Part shown: positions 41,210-49,963 of the stretch, piece after piece | Layout of the letters: each line of letters starts with the position of its first letter | How positions within the stretch are numbered: the stretch's first letter is position 1 | From: Candidatus Planktophila sp. | GTDB taxonomy: Bacteria; Actinomycetota; Actinomycetes; Nanopelagicales; Nanopelagicaceae | DNA length: 64,000 nt | Reading direction: 5' to 3' | NCBI GenBank assembly: GCA_044348425.1 | Contig: JBIKSV010000001.1 | Span: forward strand, 2,079 to 66,078 | Notes under the pieces: generated by a model | Told to the model about the DNA's origin: nothing | The model's input: the letters and a program-made list of their open reading frames with translations, nothing else | Database searches by the model: none | Made by a program: the position numbers and the translations under genes

Positions 41210-42382
41210 TTGGCGCCAGCACGTGGGTCAGGAACCATTATCGCTGGCGGATCATTGGCAGGATTTACAACTGCGCAATCACTTCGCTCGGCCGGATATT
41301 CAGAGCGGATACAAATTTTTAGCGGCGAAGATACTTTGCCTTATAACAGACCGCCACTTTCAAAACAGATTCTTTTGGGCACGTGGAGTAGCGAAAAAAC
41401 TATGATTGCAACTCCAGAACTGATGGAGAAGTTAGAGGTTGAATTTCATTCTGGGCAGAACGTTGATTCACTTTCGACCGAAAACCAAGAAGTTACCGTA
41501 GGAAGAGACACATTCGAATTTGAGAAGCTGGTAATTGCTACAGGTGTTCGTGCACGGCAATTAAGCCACACTGCAACATCAAAGCGAACTTTTACATTTA
41601 GAACACTTGCAGATGCTCTTGCAATAAAGGGTTTAATCCCCGAGTTAAGAACAGTAGGAGTTATCGGTTCAGGAGTCTTGGGTTGTGAAATTGCATCTGC
41701 TCTCTCAACGCTAGGCAAAAAAGTTACGATTGTGGATCAAATACCTTTGCCAAATCTTCCTATGACAGGTGGACATGTATCCGGCAAGATTCACGAACTC
41801 TTTACTGCTAACCAGGTAGATATGCGAATGAATACGCAGATTGAAAGTATCTCTGAAGGCGAAAAGTCAGTCAGAATCGAGCTGAAAGATGGCGCTGTAT
41901 TTGAGGTAGATATTTTGATTATTACTATCGGCTCAATAGCAAATACAGAGTGGTTACAGTCCAGCGGAATAGATATCTCTAACGGAGTTCTCTGTGATGC
42001 TAAGGGAGAGGCTAAAGAGAATATCTTTGCAGTGGGAGATGTAGCGCGCTGGTGGAGCAACTCAGCGGGTGCTGCGCTTAAGCGAGAAAATCAGAGTTCG
42101 GCAATTGAGCAAGGCCTTGCGGTTGGCCACTTTATTGCCACCGGTGAAGAGAGCGCTATCTCTCTTCCATTCTTCTGGAGCGAAATATTTGGCGCCAAAA
42201 TTACGCTGACCGGAACCCTAGAGCCAGAACTTCCCTTTGAGGTATTGCATGGCAGTATCGATGAAGATACTTTTGTGGGAGCTACCTTCCGCGGTGATCA
42301 GATGACAGGCGTTATTGGTTGGAATATGTCGAAGGAGTTTCGACAAGAACGTAAAAAAATGGAGGAGAGAGCAAATGGATGA
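41210..42382 (+). CDS. FAD-dependent NAD(P)H:ferredoxin reductase
   Basis: GGSLAG, PYNRPPLSK, ATG, GSGVLGCE, AVGDVA, PFFWS. Confidence 0.9.
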   Translation: MAPARGSGTIIAGGSLAGFTTAQSLRSAGYSERIQIFSGEDTLPYNRPPLSKQILLGTWSSEKTMIATPELMEKLEVEFHSGQNVDSLSTENQEVTVGRDTFEFEKLVIATGVRARQLSHTATSKRTFTFRTLADALAIKGLIPELRTVGVIGSGVLGCEIASALSTLGKKVTIVDQIPLPNLPMTGGHVSGKIHELFTANQVDMRMNTQIESISEGEKSVRIELKDGAVFEVDILIITIGSIANTEWLQSSGIDISNGVLCDAKGEAKENIFAVGDVARWWSNSAGAALKRENQSSAIEQGLAVGHFIATGEESAISLPFFWSEIFGAKITLTGTLEPELPFEVLHGSIDEDTFVGATFRGDQMTGVIGWNMSKEFRQERKKMEERANG

Positions 42383-43580
42383 AGTCAAAGATCAAGTGAG
42401 CGCATGTCCTGCACATAACGTTCGCCGGATTCCAAATGACGGAACCCCTCTCTGTCCTTCACCCACCTTCGCTATTTGGCGAGATGAGGGTGCAGCAACT
42501 CCGCTCGAGTATTCAGATGGTCATCAAGGAATGATCATCAATCGTTACGAACTTGCTCGTTTGATTCTGGAAGATAAGCGATTTAGCCAATCTCCACCTC
42601 GGATGCCGGCGCATCACGGTGAAGTGCTTATAACTGGATACGAACTAACTTCGGGAAGTGAATTAGATGCCGGAAATGTTCTCGGCTTAGATGGCGAGCA
42701 GCACGCTCGAATCCGCAGAACAATTTTAAATCGCTATTCAGTGAAGTCAGCGCGCAGCTATGAGAGCGATATGAAAGAAATTATCGCTAAACAATTTGAG
42801 TTTTTAAAGAGCCAACCGCGCCCAGTTGATATCACCAAGCATTATTCACAACCAATTTCTGCTGCTGGTCATATGCGTGTACTCGGTATCCCAGAGCAAT
42901 TCCGCACGCGATACTCAGAACTTTTTGTCGGAGAGTCAGAGACAGAAGAGAAGGTTGCATTTCTCCGCGAAGTCCTTGCGGTGAAAAAGGATTTATTAGC
43001 TGAAGATGTCTTAAGTGACTTACTTCGCACCGATTTAACTGTTCCTGAAATTGAGGGATTAACGCTCTCATTGATGGTTTCCGGTCGAGATTCAGTTGCG
43101 TACATGATCTCAACAGCGATGACAGCGCTCTTAAACAATCCCGATCAACTAGAAGCACTCAAAGCTAACCCTGAGTTAATACATGGCGGTATGGAAGAAT
43201 TTATGCGCGTAGGCGCCATGTTCCTCACTGTATTCCCACGTACCGCCACTGAAGATGTTGAATTTGGCGATGTTAAAATCCCTGCTGGGCAATCAGTTTC
43301 AGTATCTCCGGTTGCGGCAAATCATGATGAACGCCAATTTGAAGACCCAGATCGCTTTGATTTATCTCGTGATGCCTTCGGCCACATGGGCTTTGGTCAT
43401 GGAATTCACGGATGTGTGGGACAACAAGTCGCTCGTGTAGAGATTAAAACTGCGGTTATGCAACTTATTTCTAACACACCGGGCTTGCACTTGATTAAGG
43501 CAGAACAAAATGAGCCAATGCCATTTGCTCATCCAGTTGCTACCTATGAAGCCGGCGCTGTGATTGTTGATTGGAATTAA
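42375..43580 (+). CDS. cytochrome P450
   Basis: EEFMR (ExxR), DPDRFD, heme loop FGHGIHGCVG (Cys codon 43413); start ATG 42375 with GGAGGA SD. Confidence 0.95.
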   Translation: MDEVKDQVSACPAHNVRRIPNDGTPLCPSPTFAIWRDEGAATPLEYSDGHQGMIINRYELARLILEDKRFSQSPPRMPAHHGEVLITGYELTSGSELDAGNVLGLDGEQHARIRRTILNRYSVKSARSYESDMKEIIAKQFEFLKSQPRPVDITKHYSQPISAAGHMRVLGIPEQFRTRYSELFVGESETEEKVAFLREVLAVKKDLLAEDVLSDLLRTDLTVPEIEGLTLSLMVSGRDSVAYMISTAMTALLNNPDQLEALKANPELIHGGMEEFMRVGAMFLTVFPRTATEDVEFGDVKIPAGQSVSVSPVAANHDERQFEDPDRFDLSRDAFGHMGFGHGIHGCVGQQVARVEIKTAVMQLISNTPGLHLIKAEQNEPMPFAHPVATYEAGAVIVDWN

Positions 43581-43581
43581 T

Positions 43582-44475
43582 GTGAGCGCGAAGTTTAAGA
43601 TTTTATTCGAGGGTGATGCAGCGCATGGCTGGATGCATTCAGGTATTGCAATTCTCAGCGACGGGCGTTTAGTTTTTGAGGCAGCAGGTGGCCGTGGTCT
43701 TGTTTTTCTTGATCTAGCCACTGGCAAGTCAGAGAAGATTGCAGTCGATATAGCAGTCGCACACGGCATAGCAACGACATTCGAATCCGGCGATGATTTT
43801 ATTTGGGTATGCGATCCAGGCGAGCAAGCACCTGGCAAAGTTGTTAAAGTCGATATCAAAGGCAACATTGTTGATGATCTGAAACCGCCCGCAGCATCTC
43901 CTCTCTCAAAAGAGAAGTGGCGACCAACTTCTGTTGCTGTTACTGAAGACGGCGACATTTGGATTGCAGATGGATATGGGTTGAGTCTCGTTCACCGATA
44001 TTCTCCTAATGGAGATGTGATTACTCTCGATGGTAGCGAATCAGGTTTAAAATTTAATTGTCCCCACGGTGTTGCAGTTGATGACCGCGGATCTCAAATG
44101 AGAATCGCCGTGGCAGACCGCACCAACAAGAGAGTCCTACTCTTTGAAAAAGATGGGCGATACATTCGTTCAATCGCTGCCGAGATAATGACTAGTCCTT
44201 CCTCAATCGCCGCATCTGGTGACAATCTATTTATAACGGATCTCCGCGGAGCAATTCTTTCGATATCAAGTGATGACCAAGTCAGCGCGGTTATCCCTTC
44301 AGCCCATATTGATGGGAGAGAGGGCTGGCCAAATGCATTGGTTGATGGCGAAAGCGTCGCCCCGATGATTCAAGCTGGTGAGATCAATAGTCCACACGGA
44401 ATCGTCGCCTCGCAAGATGGCTCGGTCTATGCAACCGAGTGGTACTTCGGCGGGCGGGTTATCTCGCTCATCTAG
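43582..44475 (+). CDS. NHL-repeat beta-propeller protein, peptidylamidoglycolate lyase (PAL)-like
   Basis: AHGI, PTSVAVTEDGDIWIADGYG, FNCPHGVAVD, VADRTNKRV, SPHGI; no signal peptide; probable GTG start at 43582. Confidence 0.75.
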   Translation: MSAKFKILFEGDAAHGWMHSGIAILSDGRLVFEAAGGRGLVFLDLATGKSEKIAVDIAVAHGIATTFESGDDFIWVCDPGEQAPGKVVKVDIKGNIVDDLKPPAASPLSKEKWRPTSVAVTEDGDIWIADGYGLSLVHRYSPNGDVITLDGSESGLKFNCPHGVAVDDRGSQMRIAVADRTNKRVLLFEKDGRYIRSIAAEIMTSPSSIAASGDNLFITDLRGAILSISSDDQVSAVIPSAHIDGREGWPNALVDGESVAPMIQAGEINSPHGIVASQDGSVYATEWYFGGRVISLI

Positions 44476-44494
44476 TACCTGCAGCCCTGAAAAA

Positions 44495-44564
44495 GTTATA
44501 AAAAAAGGATTGACGCAGGCGCAAGCTCCCCACTAAATTCGTCCATATTCTTGAAACGATTCAA
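44495..44564 (+). promoter_or_regulatory. promoter and LacI-type operator of the GH78 pair
   Basis: GTTATAAAAA..TTGACG (44510-15)-N18-TAAATT (44534-39)-N11-TTGAAACGATTCAA (44551-64). Confidence 0.8.
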
Positions 44565-44589
44565 GAGAAATCAGAAATCGAGGCGCATA

Positions 44590-47289
44590 ATGTCCAATCT
44601 GCCAGCACTTACTCAGCGCGATGATCAGAGTCGAGTAATCGGTCTACAGACTCAGTTTTCAGCAGACCTCATTGGTCTGCCAATTGTTGATCCTTTGCTG
44701 ACGTGGCAGATTTCTAGTGATCGCGCAGATGCGGTGCAAGTCGGTTATGAAATTTCATCTATTGGTGAAGATGGTTCAATCATTACATCACCTGCTGTTG
44801 CAAGCTCTGAACAAATCGAGATTCTTGCTTCAGGTCACATTGCCAAAGCGCAAGAGATTCGCCGCTTACGTGTTCGCATCGCAACGCAGCATGGTTGGAG
44901 CGATTACAGCCCAATCGCAACATTTGAGACAGGTCTCGCATCCGGAAATGATTTAGTAGGACGTGCTATTGGCGACAACTCACTTCACTCAGCTCCTTCA
45001 CCAATTTTGCGTAAAGAATTCTCAACAAAGAAGAGTGTTGCTAAGGCGCGCCTCTACGCAACATCTCACGGTATTCATTCACTTTATCTCAATGGCGTAA
45101 ATGTCACAGATGAGTATTTCACTCCAGGTTGGACCGCATTCGATGATCGCGTTACATATTTGACCCATGATGTCACTCGTCTAGTTCAAGATGGCGCAAA
45201 TTGTTTTGCAGCTGAACTCGGTGATGGTTGGACTCGTGGCAAATTTGGATTTATGAACATCTATGACAATTACGGCACAACTATCTCTTTACTTGCACAG
45301 CTTGAAATTACCTATACAGATGGCAGCAAGGATGTCATTGCAACTGATGAAAGCTGGAAAGTTTCAACTGGCGAGATTCAATTTGGCGATATCTACGATG
45401 GATCACATATTGATTTCACTAAGGAGCAGAAGGGCTGGAAACTAGCTGGCTTTAACGATGGTTCGTGGAGCGCACCAACAATCCACACCATTAAGCGCGA
45501 AAATCTATTGCCACGCACTTCTACTCGCGTCATCAAGATTGAAGAGTTCGCTTCAAAGGTAGTCGATTCAAATAACAGAACACTTCTGGATTTTTCACAG
45601 AACATCTCTGGTTGGGTTCGTCTGGTTGTTGACGGCAAGAAGGGCGATGTCATCACAATTCGCCATGCTGAAGTTCTAGAGCCAGGACCAAACCTACATA
45701 CAGCTGCGCTTCGTACTGCAAAGGCGACTGATATCTACACACTCGGACATGATGGTCGCAGTGTTATCGAACCAAAATTTACATTCCACGGTTTCCAATT
45801 TGCTGAAGTTACCGGTCCAGCTAAGTTCATATCTGCAACAGGCGTGGCCATCTCTTCTGCTAATGAGCGACGCGGTCACTTCACATCTTCTGATGCGCGA
45901 CTTAATCGTCTCCATCAGAATGTTGTCTGGTCTATTCATGACAACATGGTTTCTGTCCCTACAGATTGCCCACAGCGCGATGAGCGCCTCGGTTGGACTG
46001 GTGATGCGCAAGCAATCGCAACAACTGCAAACACACTCTTTAAGATCGATTCATTCTGGCGCAGCTGGTTGCAAGATCTTGCAATCGACCAGAAGCGATT
46101 TGGCGCAGTTGGCGCAGTGGTTCCAGATATTTTATCTAAGCACCCATCGCCTGCTTCAGAGGAAGAAGCATGGATCATTACTGACCGCGCCGGATGGGCA
46201 GATGCTGCAACTATCGTTCCGATGGCCGCATATGAATCTTATGGAAGCCTTTCAACGCTAAAGCAACAGGTCGAATCAATTCGCACTTATGTAAAGGGAC
46301 TCTCAGATCGCCGCAAGGGTGAGAAGTTCTTGCCAGAAGAGTTCCAGTTCGGTGACTGGTGTGATCCAGATGCACCTGTTGATCGTCCTTGGCTCTCAAA
46401 GGTAAAGGCGCAGTTTGTAGCTAACGCTTTCTTTGCAAACACAGTTCAGCTAGCTGCTGATGTTGAAGCACTTGCTGGCGACGCTGCTCATCAGAAGGAG
46501 TACACAGAACTAGCGGCAACACTTCGCAAAGATATTTGGGAGCACTTTGGTGCAGAGGCGAAAGAGACAACCGCTGGTTGCTCAATCGCAATTGAATTCG
46601 GCATCGTTCCAGAATCAGAGCGTGCAGCTGTTGCTCAAATCTTGAGCGATAAAGTTATTGCAGATCAAGGAAAGATCACAACCGGCTTCCTTGGAACTCC
46701 GCTGATTTTGCATGCTCTCTCTAAGAACGGTCACTTCAGCGCGGCATACACAATGCTTATGCGTCGCAAGGTTCTTTCATGGCTCTACCAAGTTGATCAG
46801 AAAGCAACAACAATTTGGGAGCGCTGGGATGCAATCTATGAAGATGGTTCTATTCACAAGGGACAGATGTCTACTGCGAGCGAAGAACAAGATAATCCTT
46901 CAATGATTTCATTTAATCACTATGCATACGGCGCTGTAATTGATTGGGTCTACCGCAACGTTGCAGGTATTGCTCCAACAGTTAAGAATCCGGGATATCG
47001 CCACATTACTTTCGCACCACGTCCGGGTGAAGGTTTCTCTTATGCATCTGCATCAGTGAATACACCTCTTGGCGTTGCTTCTATCGATTGGCAGATCGTC
47101 GATGGCGGCAATCTCACTGCAAAAGTTGTGGTGCCATTTGGATCAAAGGCAGTTTTGGATTTCCCAACAACCTCTGGTTCTACAGTTCGCGTTAATGGAA
47201 AAGCTGTTTCAAATAAGCATGAAGTGAGCCATGGTCACTACGACATTCTCGTTTCAGCACCTGCAGTAGCTTCTTTCAAAGTCGCATAA
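44590..47289 (+). CDS. alpha-L-rhamnosidase (GH78), cytoplasmic
   Basis: ARLYATSHG, DFSQNISG, FTFHGFQ, PTDCPQRDERLGWTGD, FGDW, TTIWERW, SFNHYAYG. Start moved to ATG 44590; no signal peptide. Confidence 0.93.
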   Translation: MSNLPALTQRDDQSRVIGLQTQFSADLIGLPIVDPLLTWQISSDRADAVQVGYEISSIGEDGSIITSPAVASSEQIEILASGHIAKAQEIRRLRVRIATQHGWSDYSPIATFETGLASGNDLVGRAIGDNSLHSAPSPILRKEFSTKKSVAKARLYATSHGIHSLYLNGVNVTDEYFTPGWTAFDDRVTYLTHDVTRLVQDGANCFAAELGDGWTRGKFGFMNIYDNYGTTISLLAQLEITYTDGSKDVIATDESWKVSTGEIQFGDIYDGSHIDFTKEQKGWKLAGFNDGSWSAPTIHTIKRENLLPRTSTRVIKIEEFASKVVDSNNRTLLDFSQNISGWVRLVVDGKKGDVITIRHAEVLEPGPNLHTAALRTAKATDIYTLGHDGRSVIEPKFTFHGFQFAEVTGPAKFISATGVAISSANERRGHFTSSDARLNRLHQNVVWSIHDNMVSVPTDCPQRDERLGWTGDAQAIATTANTLFKIDSFWRSWLQDLAIDQKRFGAVGAVVPDILSKHPSPASEEEAWIITDRAGWADAATIVPMAAYESYGSLSTLKQQVESIRTYVKGLSDRRKGEKFLPEEFQFGDWCDPDAPVDRPWLSKVKAQFVANAFFANTVQLAADVEALAGDAAHQKEYTELAATLRKDIWEHFGAEAKETTAGCSIAIEFGIVPESERAAVAQILSDKVIADQGKITTGFLGTPLILHALSKNGHFSAAYTMLMRRKVLSWLYQVDQKATTIWERWDAIYEDGSIHKGQMSTASEEQDNPSMISFNHYAYGAVIDWVYRNVAGIAPTVKNPGYRHITFAPRPGEGFSYASASVNTPLGVASIDWQIVDGGNLTAKVVVPFGSKAVLDFPTTSGSTVRVNGKAVSNKHEVSHGHYDILVSAPAVASFKVA

Positions 47290-47291
47290 AA

Positions 47292-49673
47292 ATGTCATAT
47301 CAGCTTACAGAATCTTCCCCATATCAATATTTCTGGAGCGATGGAAAGCCTCGCGCACAATGGATGCAGGTGCGCGAGGAAGTTGTTGCAGAGCGGGCTG
47401 AGCGTCCGGCATATTTTCTCCGTAAAGAATTTGATGTTTCAACAACAGTAAAAAGAGCATTAATTAAAGCAACCGCTCAAGGCATCTACAATATTTATAT
47501 TGATGGTAAACGCATCGGAGATAAGGTTTTAACCCCCGATACAACAGATTACCGTTTTCATATCGCCGTGCAGGAATACGATGTCACCCGTACTCTCGAG
47601 CCAGGAAAACATACAGTTGTAATTGAGTTAGCAGATGGGTTCTTTCGAAGCTCAACTGGTGTCTGGCGTGTAGATCTCAATTATGAGAATCACGTGGCAG
47701 CGCTCTTCGAAATGGATATCGACTATGCAGATGGAGCTCACCAATCAGTCGATAGTGATATGACTTGGAAAGTTTCACCTTCTCACATCCTTGCTGCCGA
47801 TTTAATGGAAGGCCAAGTTGAAGATCGTCGTCTTTTTGATCCTGCTATAAAGATGAATGGTTTTGATGATTCGACTTGGGGCACACCTATTTTGGGTAGT
47901 ACAGATGCCGCATTAGTAAGAGAGTTTGCACCACCAATCCGAGCGATTGAAGAGCTCAAACCAGTTTCAATTAAAACTTTAGGTGATGGCGCGATTGTTA
48001 TTGATTTTGGTCAGAATATTAATGGTTGGATAAAACTTTCAAATTTAGGCCCACGCGATACGAAAATCGAGGTAAAGCACGGTGAGGGTCTTTATCCAAA
48101 TGGCCACGTAAATATGGAGAGCATGATTCTCTCACTGCCTGGAGCAGCAAGTGATACAGGTGGGCAGCGAGCATTCGTGACTTCAAGTGGTGTGAATGGT
48201 GATCTCTTTGAAAATTACTTTACAACTCAAGGTTTTCAGTTTGTTGAAATCATCGGGCACCCGGGTCCAATTACTGCAGAAGAGATAAGTGCGGTCGTTG
48301 TACATTCAGATCTTCGTCGCACAGGGTGGTTCACCTCCGATAACGAGAACCTCAATTGGTTGCATGAAGCGACAGTCTGGTCATTCCGAGACAATATGTG
48401 TGGAGTTCCCACAGATTGTCCAACCCGAGAACGCGCTGGATGGACTGGAGATTGGCAACTCTTTTCACCAACCGCAGCATTTTTATATGACGTCCTTGAT
48501 GCCACGCGAAAATGGATGGCAGATGTTGTGGTGGGTCAGACACCTGATGGTGTAATCCCGAACATCGCCCCATCGGATAAGAAAATGCGCCCTGAGGGTG
48601 AGTACTCACTCATGAACGGTTCAGCAGGTTGGGGAGATGCAATCGTTTCTACTCCGCTGGATATGTATAACGCTTATGGCGACCTCAAATTAGCGCGTGA
48701 ATCTTGGGGCGCTATGGTGAAGTGGATGGATTTTGCTTATGCACGAGCAAAGAATTTGCGCCATCCTGATCGTGCCGCAGCGCGCCCTGTACCTGCCGAG
48801 CATGAAGAATTTATCTGGGATGCTGCATTTCACTGGGGTGAATGGCTTGCAGCAGGAGACGCCCTCCCTACTAAACCCGAAGAGTTTTTCACACCTGATC
48901 ATGGAATTACTGCAACTGCCTACATGTACCGCTCTACTTTGCAGATGATTGAGATTGGAAAATTATTAGGCAAATCAGATACAGAATTAGGGAAATATTT
49001 CGATATCGCTCCAAAAATTAAAGATGCCTGGCAAAAAGAGTACATCCGTTCAAGTGGACTTCTTTCAGAAGAAACTCAAGCAAATTACTTGCGAGCACTG
49101 CACTTTGATTTAGCACCAAATGAACTACGAGATGGTATGGGCAAGCGACTTGTTGCAATCATTCGCGAAGCCGGAAATCACTTAGGAACGGGCTTTCTTG
49201 CTACACCGTATCTTCTTACTACGCTTGCAGATGTTGGCTATACCGATGTTGCCTATGACTTATTGTTTCAAGATACCGTGCCATCATGGATGTACATGAA
49301 AAAGAAAGGCGCTACAACAATTTGGGAAAGCTGGAATGGTATTGATGATGATGGAAAGCTTGAAGCATCGCTCAACCACTACAGCAAGGGTGCGGTGATT
49401 TCATTTTTGCATAGATACATCGCTGGATTAAAACCACTGGCTCCCGCATATAAGAGTTTTGTAGTAAAGCCACATTTGAGCAGCAAGGTCAATGAAATTG
49501 ATCTCAAGCTAGATTCGCCAAACGGTCGCGTCGAAGTTCAATGGCAATCCAAGAATGGAAAATTTGATATTCGAATTCTGGTTCCGGCCGGATCAACTGC
49601 TACAGCAGAGCTACCAGATGGCAGTTCTCACGCTTTAACTTCAGGTGAAAACAAACTTAGCTGCGCTCTGTAA
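47292..49673 (+). CDS. alpha-L-rhamnosidase (GH78), cytoplasmic, lacking the first N-terminal domain
   Basis: DFGQNING, PTDCPTRERAGWTGD, HWGEW, TGFLAT, TTIWESW, SLNHYSKG. Confidence 0.92.
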   Translation: MSYQLTESSPYQYFWSDGKPRAQWMQVREEVVAERAERPAYFLRKEFDVSTTVKRALIKATAQGIYNIYIDGKRIGDKVLTPDTTDYRFHIAVQEYDVTRTLEPGKHTVVIELADGFFRSSTGVWRVDLNYENHVAALFEMDIDYADGAHQSVDSDMTWKVSPSHILAADLMEGQVEDRRLFDPAIKMNGFDDSTWGTPILGSTDAALVREFAPPIRAIEELKPVSIKTLGDGAIVIDFGQNINGWIKLSNLGPRDTKIEVKHGEGLYPNGHVNMESMILSLPGAASDTGGQRAFVTSSGVNGDLFENYFTTQGFQFVEIIGHPGPITAEEISAVVVHSDLRRTGWFTSDNENLNWLHEATVWSFRDNMCGVPTDCPTRERAGWTGDWQLFSPTAAFLYDVLDATRKWMADVVVGQTPDGVIPNIAPSDKKMRPEGEYSLMNGSAGWGDAIVSTPLDMYNAYGDLKLARESWGAMVKWMDFAYARAKNLRHPDRAAARPVPAEHEEFIWDAAFHWGEWLAAGDALPTKPEEFFTPDHGITATAYMYRSTLQMIEIGKLLGKSDTELGKYFDIAPKIKDAWQKEYIRSSGLLSEETQANYLRALHFDLAPNELRDGMGKRLVAIIREAGNHLGTGFLATPYLLTTLADVGYTDVAYDLLFQDTVPSWMYMKKKGATTIWESWNGIDDDGKLEASLNHYSKGAVISFLHRYIAGLKPLAPAYKSFVVKPHLSSKVNEIDLKLDSPNGRVEVQWQSKNGKFDIRILVPAGSTATAELPDGSSHALTSGENKLSCAL

Positions 49674-49674
49674 C

Positions 49675-49935
49675 CTATCGCCACTTGGTAGCGAGGCTGA
49701 AGCCAACTGCGATAAAGGTAAATCCAATTGCCATGTTCCAGTTGCCGAGGCCACCGATAGGTAGATTGGTATTTACGTAGTAGATAACGATCCAGAAGAG
49801 GCCAATGAGGAAGTTTGCAACCATGACAGGTGCAAGCCATGCTGGACTCTCCTGGTAGGGAGTCTCTACAGCGTGAATCTGCTCGTCGTGAGCGTGCTGC
49901 TCTTGGACCTTTTTACGCAATTTTGACTTTGGCAT
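49675..49935 (-). CDS. crgA: cell division protein CrgA
   Basis: MPKSKLRKK, SPAW, two TM segments, LGNWN, TKWR; divergent from trpG. Confidence 0.93.
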   Translation of the reverse strand: MPKSKLRKKVQEQHAHDEQIHAVETPYQESPAWLAPVMVANFLIGLFWIVIYYVNTNLPIGGLGNWNMAIGFTFIAVGFSLATKWR

Positions 49936-49963
49936 AGGCGCTAGATTACAGGAGAATTACCCT

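Noticed and set aside
44551-44589. ORF-track N-terminal extension of the first GH78 (similar extensions on rhaI, the ferredoxin, the P450 and cca)
   Set aside because: The extensions run through promoters, operators or neighbouring genes; downstream starts have SD or -10 support.
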